DNA from: Nemertoderma westbladi
Lineage: Eukaryota > Animalia > Xenacoelomorpha
Direction: 5' to 3'
DNA length: 64,000 bases
Assembly (NCBI GenBank): GCA_032718475.1
Contig: JAUCBJ010009152.1
Coordinates: 1-64,000 of the forward strand
Position numbers and translations under genes: made by a program. Every line of letters begins with the position of its first letter. Position 1 is the first letter of the stretch. The notes beneath the pieces were generated by a model. It saw only the letters and a list, made by a program, of their open reading frames with translations. It was not told where the DNA came from and did no database searches. Of this stretch, positions 47,001-61,350 are shown in pieces.

Positions 47001-50000
47001 AGGAGTACTGGTTCTAACTTCTGATCGATGGACTCCATATAGGAGTACTGGTTCTAACTGCTGTATAATGGACTCCATATAGGAGTACTGGTTCTAACTG
47101 CTGTATGATGGACTCCATATAGGAGTACTGGTTCTAACTTCTGATCGATGGACTCCATATAGGAGTACTGGTTCTAACTGCCCTATAATGGACTCCATAT
47201 AGGAGTACTGGTTCTAACTTCTGATTGATGGACTCCATATAGGAGTACTGGTTCTAACTGATGTATGATGGACTCCATATAGGAGTACTGGTTCTAACTT
47301 CTGTATGATGGACTCCATATAGGAGTACTGGTTCTAACTTCTGATTGATGGACTCCATATAGGAGTACTGGTTCTAACTGCTGTATGATGGACTCCATAT
47401 AGGAGTTCTAACTGCTGTATGATGGACTCCATATAGGAGTACTGGTTCTAACTTTTGTATGATGGACTCCATATAGGAGTACTGATTCTAACTGCTGTAT
47501 GGTGGACTCCATATAGGAGTATTGATTCTAACTGCTGTGGACTCCATATAGGAGTACTGGTTCTAACTTCTGATCGATGGACTCCATATAGGAGTACTGG
47601 TTCTAACTTCTGATCGATGGACTCCATATAGGAGTACTGGTTCTAACTGCTGTATGATGGACTCCATATAGGAGTACTGGTTCTAACTGCTGTATGATGG
47701 ACTCCATATAGGAGTACTGGTTCTAACTTCTGATCGATGGACTCCATATAGGAGTACTGGTTCTAACTGCTGTATAATGGACTCCATATAGGAGTACTGG
47801 TTCTAACTGCTGTATGATGGACTCCATATAGGAGTACTGGTTCTAACTTCTGATCGATGGACTCCATATAGGAGTACTGGTTCTAACTGCCGTATGATGG
47901 ACTCCATATAGGAGTACTGGTTCTAACTTCTGATTGATGGACTCCATATAGGAGTACTGGTTCTAACTGATGTATGATGGACTCCATATAGGAGTACTGG
48001 TTCTAACTTCTGTATGATGGACTCCATATAGGAGTACTGGTTCTAACTTCTGATTGATGGACTCCATATAGGAGTACTGGTTCTAACTGCTGTATGATGG
48101 ACTCCATATAGGAGTTCTAACTGCTGTATGATGGACTCCATATAGGAGTACTGGTTCTAACTTTTGTATGATGGACTCCATATAGGAGTACTGATTCTAA
48201 CTGCTGTATGGTGGACTCCATATAGGAGTATTGATTCTAACTGCTGTGGACTCCATATAGGAGTACTGGTTCTAACTTCTGATCGATGGACTCCATATAG
48301 GAGTACTGGTTCTAACTGCTGTATGATGGACTCCATATAGGAGTACTGGTTCTAACTGCTGTATGATGGACTCCATATAGGAGTACTGGTTCTAACTGCT
48401 GTATGATGGACTCCATATAGGAGTACTGGTTCTAACTGCTGTATGATGGACTCCATATAGGAGTTCTAACTGCTGTATGATGGACTCCATATAGGAGTAC
48501 TGGTTCTAACTTTTGTATGATGGACTCCATATAGGAGTACTGATTCTAACTGCTGTATGGTGGACTCCATATAGGAGTATTGATTCTAACTGCTGTGGAC
48601 TCCATATAGGAGTACTGGTTCTAACTTCTGATCAATGGACTCCATATAGGAGTACTGGTTCTAACTGCTGTATGATGGACTCCATATAGGAGTACTGGTT
48701 CTAACTGCTGTATGATGGACTCCATATAGGAGTACTGGTTCTAACTGCTGTATGATGGACTCCATATAGGAGTACTGGTTCTAACTTCTGATCGATGGAC
48801 TCAATATAGGAGTACTGGTTCTAACTTCTGATTGATGGACTCCATATAGGAGTACTGGTTCTAACTGCTGTATGATGGACTCCATATAGGAGTTCTAACT
48901 GCTGTATGATGGACTCCATATAGGAGTACTGGTTCTAACTTTTGTATGATGGACTCCATATAGGAGTACTGATTCTAACTGCTGTATGGTGGACTCCATA
49001 TAGGAGTATTGATTCTAACTGCTGTGGACTCCATATAGGAGTACTGGTTCTAACTTCTGATCGATGGACTCCATATAGGAGTACTGGTTCTAACTTCTGA
49101 TCGATGGACTCCATATAGGAGTACTGGTTCTAACTGCTGTATGATGGACTCCATATAGGAGTACTGGTTCTAACTGCTGTATGATGGACTCCATATAGGA
49201 GTACTGGTTCTAACTTCTGATCGATGGACTCCATATAGGAGTACTGGTTCTAACTGCTGTATAATGGACTCCATATAGGAGTACTGGTTCTAACTGCTGT
49301 ATGATGGACTCCATATAGGAGTACTGGTTCTAACTTCTGATCGATGGACTCCATATAGGAGTACTGGTTCTAACTGCCCTATGATGGACTCCATATAGGA
49401 GTACTGGTTCTAACTTCTGATTGATGGACTCCATATAGGAGTACTGGTTCTAACTGATGTATGATGGACTCCATATAGGAGTACTGGTTCTAACTTCTGT
49501 ATGATGGACTCCATATAGGAGTACTGGTTCTAACTTCTGATTGATGGACTCCATATAGGAGTACTGGTTCTAACTGCTGTATGATGGACTCCATATAGGA
49601 GTTCTAACTGCTGTATGATGGACTCCATATAGGAGTACTGGTTCTAACTTTTGTATGATGGACTCCATATAGGAGTACTGATTCTAACTGCTGTATGGTG
49701 GACTCCATATAGGAGTATTGATTCTAACTGCTGTGGACTCCATATAGGAGTACTGGTTCTAACTTCTGATCGATGGACTCCATATAGGAGTACTGGTTCT
49801 AACTTCTGATCGATGGACTCCATATAGGAGTACTGGTTCTAACTGCTGTATGATGGACTCCATATAGGAGTACTGGTTCTAACTGCTGTATGATGGACTC
49901 CATATAGGAGTACTGGTTCTAACTTCTGATCGATGGACTCCATATAGGAGTACTGGTTCTAACTGCTGTATAATGGACTCCATATAGGAGTACTGGTTCT

Positions 50001-53000
50001 AACTGCTGTATGATGGACTCCATATAGGAGTACTGGTTCTAACTTCTGATTGATGGACTCCATATAGGAGTACTGGTTCTAACTGCTGTTAACTTCTGAT
50101 TGATGGACTCCATATAGGAGTACTGGTTCTAACTGATGTATGATGGACTCCATATAGGAGTACTGGTTCTAACTTCTGTATGATGGACTCCATATAGGAG
50201 TACTGGTTCTAACTTCTGATTGATGGACTCCATATAGGAGTACTGGTTCTAACTGCTGTATGATGGACTCCATATAGGAGTTCTAACTGCTGTATGATGG
50301 ACTCCATATAGGAGTACTGATTCTAACTGCTGTATGATGGACTCCATATAGGAGTACTGGTTCTAACTTCTGATTGATAGACTCCATATAGGAGTACTGG
50401 TTCTAACTGATGTATGATGGACTCCACATAGGAGTACTGGTTCTAACTGCTGTATGATGGACTCCATATAGGAGTACTGGTTCTAACTGCTGTATGATGG
50501 ACTCCATATAGGAGTACTGGTTCTAACTTCTGATTGATGGGACTCCATAAAGGAGTACTACTAGTTCTAACTTCTGATTGATGGACTCCATATAGGAGTA
50601 CTGGTTCTAACTGCTGTATGATGGACTCCATATAGGAGTACTGGTTCTAACTTCTGATTGATGGACTCCATATAGGAGTACTGGTTCTAACTGATGTATG
50701 ATGGACTCCATATAGGAGTTCTAACTACTGTATGATGGACTCCATATAGGAGTACTGGTTCTAACTTTTGTATGATGGACTCCATATAGGAGTACTGATT
50801 CTAACTGCTGTATGATGGACTCCATATAGGAGTACTGGTTCTAACTTCTGATTGATGGACTCCATATAGGAGTACAGGTTCTAACTTCTGATTGATGGAC
50901 TCCATATAGGAGTACTGGTTCTATATAGGTGTACTGATTCTAACTGCTGTATGAAGGACTCCATATAGGAGTACTGGTTCGAACGTCTGATTGATGGAAT
51001 TCATATAGGAGTACTGGTTCTAACTGATGTATGATGGACTCCATATAGGAGTACTGGTTCTAACTTTTGTATGATGGACTCCATATAGGAGTACTGATTC
51101 TAACTGCTGTATGATGGACTCCATATAGGAGTACTGGTTCTAACTTCTGATTGATGGACTCCATAAAGGAGTACTAGTTCTAACTTCTGATTGATGGACT
51201 CCATATAGGAGTACTGGTTCTAACTGCTGTATGATGGACTCCATATAGGAGTACTGGTTCTAACTTCTCATTGATGGACTCCATATAGGAGTACTGGTTC
51301 TAACTTCTCATTGATGGACTCCATATAGGAGTACTGGTTCTAACTTCTGATTGATGGACTCCATATAGGAGTACTGGTTCTAACTGCTGTATGATGGACT
51401 CCATATAGGAGTACTGGTTCTAACTTTTGAATGATGGACTCCATATAGGAGTACTGATTCTAACTGCTGTATGATGGACTCCATATAGGAGTACTGGTTC
51501 TAACTTCTGATTGATGGACTCCATAAAGGAGTACTAGTTCTAACTGCTGTATGATGGACTCCATATAGGAGTACTGATTCTAACTTCTGATCGATGGACT
51601 CCATATAGGAGTACTGGTTCTAACTTCTGATCGATGGACTCCATATAGGAGTACTGGTTCTAACTGCTGTATGATGGACTCCATATAGGAGTACTGGTTC
51701 TAACTTTTGAATGATGGACTCCATATAGGAGTACTGATTCTAACTGCTGTATGATGGACTCCATATAGGAGTACTGGTTCTAACTTCTGATTGATGGACT
51801 CCATAAAGGAGTACTAGTTCTAACTGCTGTATGATGGACTCCATATAGGAGTACTGATTCTAACTTCTGATCGATGGACTCCATATAGGAGTACTGGTTC
51901 TAACTTCTGATTGATGGACTCCATATAGGAGTACTGGTTCTAACTGCTGTATGATGGACTCCATATAGGAGTACTGGTTCTAACTGCTGTATGATGGACT
52001 CCATATAGGAGTACTGGTTCTAACTTCTGATTGATGGACTCCATATAGGAGTACTGGTTCTAACTGATGTATGATGGACTCCACATAGGAGTACTGGTTC
52101 TAACTTTTGAATGATGGACTCCATATAGGAGTACTGATTCTAACTGCTGTATGATGGACTCCATATAGGAGTACTGGTTCTAACTTCTGATTGATGGACT
52201 CCATAAAGGAGTACTAGTTCTAACTGCTGTATGATGGACTCCATATAGGAGTACTGATTCTAACTTCTGATCGATGGACTCCATATAGGAGTACTGGTTC
52301 TAACTTCTGATCGATGGACTCCATATAGGAGTACTGGTTCTAACTGCTGTATGATGGACTCCATATAGGAGTACTGGTTCTAACTGCTGTATGATGGACT
52401 CCATATAGGAGTACTGGTTCTAACTTCTGATCGATGGACTCCATATAGGAGTACTGGTTCTAACTGCTGTATAATGGACTCCATATAGGAGTACTGGTTC
52501 TAACTGCTGTATGATGGACTCCATATAGGAGTACTGGTTCTAACTTCTGATCGATGGACTCCATATAGGAGTACTGGTTCTAACTGCCGTATGATGGACT
52601 CCATATAGGAGTACTGGTTCTAACTTCTGATTGATGGACTCCATATAGGAGTACTGGTTCTAACTTCTGTATGATGGACTCCATATAGGAGTACTGGTTC
52701 TAACTTCTGATTGATGGACTCCATATAGGAGTACTGGTTCTAACTGCTGTATGATTAACTCCATATAGGAGTTCTAACTGCTGTATGATGGACTCCATAT
52801 AGGAGTACTGGTTCTAACTTTTGTATGATGGACTCCATATAGGAGTACTGATTCTAACTGCTGTATGGTGGACTCCATATAGGAGTATTGATTCTAACTG
52901 CTGTGGACTCCATATAGGAGTACTGGTTCTAACTTCTGATCGATGGACTCCATATAGGAGTACTGGTTCTAACTGCTGTATGATGGACTCCATATAGGAG

Positions 53001-56000
53001 TACTGGTTCTAACTGCTGTATGATGGACTCCATATAGGTGTACTGGTTCTAACTGCTGTATGATGGACTCCATATAGGAGTACTGGTTCTAACTTCTGAT
53101 CGATGGACTCCATATAGGAGTACTGGTTCTAACTTCTGATTGATGGACTCCATATAGGAGTACTGGTTCTAACTGCTGTATGATGGACTCCATATAGGAG
53201 TTCTAACTGCTGTATGATGGACTCCATATAGGAGTACTGGTTCTAACTTTTGTATGATGGACTCCATATAGGAGTACTGATTCTAACTGCTGTATGGTGG
53301 ACTCCATATAGGAGTATTGATTCTAACTGCTGTGGACTCCATATAGGAGTACTGGTTCTAACTTCTGATCGATGGACTCCATATAGGAGTACTGGTTCTA
53401 ACTGCTGTATGATGGACTCCATATAGGAGTACTGGTTCTAACTGCTGTATGATGGACTCCATATAGGAGTACTGGTTCTAACTTCTGATCGATGGACTCC
53501 ATATAGGAGTACTGGTTCTAACTGCTGTATAATGGACTCCATATAGGAGTACTGGCTCTAACTGCTGTATGATGGACTCCATATAGGAGTACTGGTTCTA
53601 ACTTCTGCTCGATGGACTCCATATAGGAGTACTGGTTCTAACTGCCGTATGATGGACTCCATATAGGAGTACTGGTTCTAACTTCTGATTGATGGACTCC
53701 ATATAGGAGTACTGGTTCTAACTGATGTATGATGGACTCCATATAGGAGTACTGGTTCTAACTTCTGTATGATGGACTCCATATAGGAGTACTGGTTCTA
53801 ACTTCTGATTGATGGACTCCATATAGGAGTACTGGTTCTAACTGCTGTATGATGGACTCCATATAGGAGTTCTAACTGCTGTATGATGGACTCCATATAG
53901 GAGTACTGGTTCTAACTTTTGTATGATGGACTCCATATAGGAGTACTGATTCTAACTGCTGTATGGTGGACTCCATATAGGAGTATTGATTCTAACTGCT
54001 GTGGACTCCATATAGGAGTACTGGTTCTAACTTCTGATCGATGCACTCCATATAGGAGTACTGGTTCTAACTGCTGTATGATGGACTCCATATAGGAGTA
54101 CTGGTTCTAACTGCTGTATGATGGACTCCATATAGGAGTACTGGTTCTAACTGCTGCATGATGGACTCCATATAGGAGTACTGGTTCTAACTGCTGTATG
54201 ATGGACTCCATATAGGAGTACTGATTCTAACTGCTGTATGATGGACTCCATATATGAGTTCTAACTGCTGTATGATGGACTCCATATAGGAGTACTGGTT
54301 CTAACTTTTGTATGATGGACTCCATATAGGAGTACTGATTCTAACTGCTGTATGATGGACTCCATATAGGAGTATGGTTCTAACTTCTGTATGATGGACT
54401 CCATATAGGAGTACTGGTTCTAACTTCTGATTGATGGACTCCATATAGGAGTACTGGTTCTAACTGCTGTTAACTTCTGATTGATGGACTCCATATAGGA
54501 GTACTGGTTCTAACTGATGTATGATGGACTCCATATAGGAGTACTGGTTCTAACTTCTGTATGATGGACTCCATATAGGAGTACTGGTTCTAACTTCTGA
54601 TTGATGGACTCCATATAGGAGTACTGGTTCTAACTGCTGTATGATGGACTCCATATAGGAGTTCTAACTGCTGTATGATGGACTCCATATAGGAGTACTG
54701 GTTCTAACTTTTGTATGATGGACTCCATATAGGAGTACTGATTCTAACTGCTGTATGATGGACTCCATATAGGAGTACTGGTTCTAACTTCTGATTGATG
54801 GACTCCATATAGGAGTACTGGTTCTAACTTCTGATTGATGGACTCCATATAGGAGTACTGGTTCTAACTGCTGTATGATGGACTCCATATAGGAGTACTG
54901 GTTCTAACTGCTGTATGATGGACTCCATATAGGAGTACTGGTTCTAACTGCTGTATGATGGAATCCATATAGGAGTACTGGTTCCTGGTTCTATCTGCTG
55001 ATTGATGCTCCATATAGGAGTACTGGTTCTAACTGCTGTATGATGGACTCCATATAGGAGTACTGGTTCTAACTGCTGTATGATGGACTCCATATAGGAG
55101 TACTGGTTCTAACTTCTGATTGATGGACTCCATATAGGAGTACTGGTTCTAACTGCTGTATGATGGACTCCATATAGGAGTACTGGTTCTAACTGCTGTA
55201 TGATGGACTCCATATAGGAGTACTGGTTCTAACTTCTGATTGATGGACTCCATATAGGAGTACTGGTTCTAACTGCTGTATGATGGACTCCATATAGGAG
55301 TACTGGTTCTAACTTCTGATTGATGGACTCCATATAGGAGTACTGGTTCTAACTTATGACTGATGGACTGACTCCATATAGGAGTACTGGTTCTAACTTC
55401 TGATTGATGGACTCCATATAGGAGTACTGGTTCTAACTGCTGTATGATGGACTCCATATAGGAGTACTGGTTCTAACTTCTGATTGATGGACTCCATATA
55501 GGAGTACTGGTTCTAACTGCTGTATGATGGACTCCATATATGAGTACTGGTTCTAACTGCTGTATGATGGACTCCATATAGGAGTACTGGTTCTAACTTC
55601 TGATTGATGGACTCCATATAGGAGTACTGGTTCTAACTGCTGTATGATGGACTCCATATAGGAGTACTGGTTCTAACTTCTGATTGATGGACTCCATATA
55701 GGAGTACTGGTTCTAACTTATGACTGATAGACTGACTCCATATAGGAGTACTGGTTCTAACTTCTGATTGATGGACTCCATATAGGAGTACTGGTTCTAA
55801 CTGATGTATGATGGACTCCATATAGGAGTACTGGTTCTAACTGCTGTATCATGGAATCCATATAGGAATACTGGTTCCTGGTTCTATCTGCTGATTGATG
55901 CTCCATATAGGAGTACTGGTTCTAACTGCTGTATGATGGACTCCATATAGGAGTACTGGTTCTAACAGCTGTATGATGGACTCCATATAGGAGTACTGGT

Positions 56001-59000
56001 TCTAACTGCTGTATGATGGACTCCATATAGGAGTACTGGTTCTAACTTCTGATTGATGGACTCCATATAGGAGTACTGGTTCTAACTGCTGTATGATGGA
56101 CTCCATATAGGAGTACTGGTTCTAACTGCTGTATGATGGAATCCATATAGGAGTACTGGTTCCTGGTTCTATCTGCTGATTGATGCTCCATATAGGAGTA
56201 CTGGTTCTAACTGCTGTATGATGGACTCCATATAGGAGTACTGGTTCTAACTGCTGTATGATGGACTCCATATAGGAGTACTGGTTCTAACTGCTGTATG
56301 ATGGACTCCATATAGGAGTACTGGTTCTAACTGCTGTATGATGGACTCCATATAGGAGTACTGGTTCTAACTTCTGATTCTGATTGATGGACTCCATATA
56401 GGAGTACTGGTTCTAACTGCTGTATGATGGACTCCATATAGGAGTACTGGTTCTAACTGCTGTATGATGGACTCCATATAGGAGTACTGGTTCTAACTGC
56501 TGATTGATGGACTCCATATAGGAGTACTGGTTCTAACTTCTGATTGATGAACTCCATAAAGGAGTACTGGTTCTAACTGCTGATTGAGGAGTACTGGTTC
56601 TAATTACTGTATGATGGACTCCATAAAGGAGTACTGGTTCTAACTTCTGATTGATAGACTCCATATAGGAGTACTGGTTCTAACTGCTGATTGATGAACT
56701 CCATATAGGAGTACTGATTCTAACTGCTGTATGATGGACTCCATATAGGAGTACTGGTTCTAACTGCTGTATGATGGACTCCATATAGGAGTACTGGTTC
56801 TAACTGCTGCATGATGGACTCCATATAGGAGTACTGGTTCTAACTGCTGTATGATGGACTCCATATAGGAGTACTGATTCTAACTGCTGTATGATGGACT
56901 CCATATATGAGTTCTAACTGCTGTATGATGGACTCCATATAGGAGTACTGGTTCTAACTTTTGTATGATGGACTCCATATAGGAGTACTGATTCTAACTG
57001 CTGTATGATGGACTCCATATAGGAGTACTGGTTCTAACTTCTGATTGATGGACTCCATATAGGAGTACTGGTTCTAACTTCTGATTGATGGACTCCATAT
57101 AGGAGTACTGGTTCTAACTGCTGTATGATGGACTCCATATAGGAGTACTGGTTCTAACTGCTGTATGATGGACTCCATATAGGAGTACTGGTTCTAACTG
57201 CTGTATGATGGAATCCATATAGGAGTACTGGTTCCTGGTTCTATCTGCTGATTGATGCTCCATATAGGAGTACTGGTTCTAACTGCTGTATGATGGACTC
57301 CATATAGGAGTACTGGTTCTAACTGCTGTATGATAGACTCCATATTGGAGTACTGGTTCTAACTTCTGATTCTGATTGATGGACTCCATATAGGAGTACT
57401 GGTTCTAACTGCTGTATGATGGACTCCATATAGGAGTACTGGTTCTAACTGCTGTATGATGGACTCCATATAGGAGTGGACTCCATATAGGAGTACTGGT
57501 TCTAACTTCTGATTGATGGACTCCATAAAGGAGTACTGGTTCTAACTGCTGATTGAGGAGTACTGGTTCTAACTACTGTATGATAGACTCCATAAAGGAG
57601 TACTGGTTCTAACTTTTGATTGATGGAGTACTGGTTCTAACTGCTGATTGATGAACTCCATATAGGAGTACTGATTCTAACTGCTGTATGATGGACTCCA
57701 TATAGGAGTACTGGTTCTAACTGCTGTATGATGGACTCCATATAGGAGTACTGGTTCTAACTGCCGTATGATGGACTCCACATAGGAGTACTGGTTCTAA
57801 CTGCTGTATGATGGACTCCATATAGGAGTACTGATTCTAACTGCTGTATGATGGACTCCATATAGGAGTACTGGTTCTAACTGCTGTATGATGGACTCCA
57901 TATAGGAGTACTGGTTCTAACTACTGTATGATGGACTCCATATAGGAGTACTGGTTCTAACTGCCGTATGATGGACTCCATATAGGAGTACTGGTTCTAA
58001 CTGCTGTATGATGGACTCCATATAGGAGTACTGATTCTAACTGCTGTTTGATGGACTCCATATAGGAGTACTGGTTCTAACTGCTGATTGATGAACTCCA
58101 TATAGGAGTACTGATTCTAACTGCTGTATGATGGACTCCATATAGGAGTACTGGTTCTAACTGCTGTATGATGGACTCCATATATGAGTACTGGTTCTAA
58201 CTGATGTATGATGGACTCCATATAGGAGTACTGGTTCTAACTGCTGTATGATGGACTCCATATAGGAGTACTGGTTCTAACTGCTGATTGATGAACTCCA
58301 TATAGGAGTACTGATTCTAACTGCTGTATGATGGACTCCATATAGGAGTACTGGTTCTAACTGCTGTATGATGGACTCCATATATGAGTACTGGTTCTAA
58401 CTGATGTATGATGGACTCCATATAGGAGTACTGGTTCTAACTGCTGTATGATGGACTCCATATAGGAGTACTGGTTCTAACTTCTGATCGATGGATTCCA
58501 TATAGGAGTACTGGTTCTAACTTCTGATTGATGGACTCCATATAGGAGTACTGATTCTAACTGCTGTATGATGGACTCCATATAGGAGTTCTAACTGCTG
58601 TGTGATGGACTCCATATAGGAGTACTGGTTCTAACTTTTGTATGATGGACTCCATATAGGAGTACTGATTCTAACTGCTGTATGATGGACTCCATATAGG
58701 AGTACTGGTTCTAACTTCTGATTGATGGACTCCATATAGGAGTACTGATTCTAACTGCTGTATGATGGACTCCATATAGGAGTACTGGTTCTAACTGCTG
58801 TATGATGGACTCCATATATGAGTACTGGTTCTAACTGATGTATGATGGACTCCATATAGGAGTACTGGTTCTAACTGCTGTGTGATGGACTCCATATAGG
58901 AGTACTGGTTCTAACTGCTGTATGATGGACTCCATATAGGAGTACTGGTTCTAACAGCTGTATCATGGACTCCATATAGGAGTACTGGTTCTAACTGCTG

Positions 59001-61350
59001 TATGATGGACTCCATATAGGAGTACTGGTTCTAACTGCTGTATGATGGTCTCCATATAGGAGTACTGGTTCTAACAGCTGTATCATGGACTCCATATAGG
59101 AGTACTGGTTCTAACTGCTGTATGATGGACTCCATATAGGAGTACTGGTTCTAACAGCTGTATCATGGACTCCATATAGGAGTACTGGTTCTAACTGCTG
59201 TATGATGGACTCCATATAGGAGTACTGGTTCTAACTGCTGTATGATGGACTCCATATAGGAGTACTGGTTCTATCTGCTGTATGATGGTCTCCATATAGG
59301 AGTACTGGTTCTAACAGCTGTATCATGGACTCCATATAGGAGTACTGGTTCTAACTGCTGTATGATGGACTCCATATAGGAGTACTGGTTCTAACTGCTG
59401 TATGATGGACTCCATATAGGAGTACTGGTTCTAACAGCTGTATGATGGTCTCCATATAGGAGTACTGGTTCTAACAGCTGTATCATGGACTCCATATAGG
59501 AGTACTGGTTCTAACTGCTGTATGATGGACTCCATATAGGAGTACTGGTTCTAACTGCTGTATGATGGACTCCATATAGGAGTACTGGTTCTAACTGCTG
59601 TATGATGGACTCCATATAGGAGTGCTGGTTCTAACTGCTGTATGATGGACTCCATATAGGAAGGAGTACTGGTTCTAACTGCTGTATGATGGACTCCATA
59701 TAGGAGTACTGGTTCTAACTTATGATTGATGGACTGACTCCATATATGAGTACTGGTTCTAACTTCTGATTGATGCTCCATATAGGAGTACTGGTTCTAA
59801 CTGCTGTATGATGGTCTCCATATAGGAGTACTGGTTCTAACAGCTGTATCATGGACTCCATATAGGAGTACTGGTTCTAACTGCTGTATGATGGACTCCA
59901 TATAGGAGTACTGGTTCTAACTGCTGTATGATGGACTCCATATCGGAGTACTGGTTCTAACTGCTGTATGATGGACTCCATATAGGAGTACTGGTTCTAA
60001 CAGCTGTATGATGGACTCCATATAGGAGTACTGGTTCTAACTGCTGTATGATGGTCTCCATATAGGAGTACTGGTTCTAACTGCTGTATGATGGTCTCCA
60101 TATAGGAGTACTGGTTCTAACTGCTGTATGATGGTCTCCATATAGGAGTACTGGTTCTAACAGCTGTATCATGGACTCCATATAGGAGTACTGGTTCTAA
60201 CTGCTGTATGATGGACTCCATATAGGAGTACTGGTTCTAACTGCTGTATGATGGACTCCATATAGGAGTACTGGTTCTAACAGCTGTATGATGGTCTCCA
60301 TATAGGAGTACTGGTTCTAACAGCTGTATCATGGACTCCATATAGGAGTACTGGTTCTAACTGCTGTATGATGGACTCCATATAGGAGTACTGGTTCTAA
60401 CTGCTGTATGATGGACTCCATATAGGAGTACTGGTTCTAACTGCTGTATGATGGACTCCATATAGGAGTGCTGGTTCTAACTGCTGTATGATGGACTCCA
60501 TATAGGAAGGAGTACTGGTTCTAACTGCTGTATGATGGACTCCATATAGGAGTACTGGTTCTAACTTATGATTGATGGACTGACTCCATATAGGAGTACT
60601 GGTTCTAACTTCTGATTGATGCTCCATATAGGAGTACTGGTTCTAACTGCTGTATGATGGTCTCCATATAGGAGTACTGGTTCTAACAGCTGCATCATGG
60701 ACTCCATATAGGAGTACTGGTTCTAACTGCTGTATGATGGACTCCATATAGGAGTACTGGTTCTAACTGCTGTATGATGGACTCCATATCGGAGTACTGG
60801 TTCTAACTGCTGTATGATGGACTCCATATAGGAGTACTGGTTCTAACAGCTGTATGATGGACTCCATATAGGAGTACTGGTTCTAACTTCTGTATGATGG
60901 ACTCCATATAGGAGTACTGGTTCTAACTGCTGTATGATGGACTCCATATAGGAGTACTGGTTCTAACTGCTGTATGATGGACTCCATATAGGAATACTGG
61001 TTCCTGGTTCTATCTGCTGATTGATGCTCCATATAGGAGTACTGGTTCTAACTGCTGTATGATGGACTCCATATAGGAGTACTGGTTCTAACAGCTGTAT
61101 GATGGACTCCATATAGGAGTACTGGTTCTAACTGCTGTATGATGGACTCCATATAGGAGTACTGGTTCTAACTGCTGTATGATGGACTCCATATAGGAGT
61201 ACTGGTTCTAACAGCTGTATGATGGACTCCATATAGGAGTACTGGTTCTAACTGCTGTATGATGGACTCCATATAGGAGTACTGGTTCTAACTGCTGTAT
61301 GATGGACTCCATATAGGAGTACTGGTTCTAACTGCTGTCTGATGGACTCC
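38028..61350. repeat. 40-bp satellite array with higher-order repeat structure
   Basis: Continuous 40-mers with recurring 34- and 35-bp deletion monomers. Landmark spacings are 429 and 709 bp. Confidence 0.98.
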
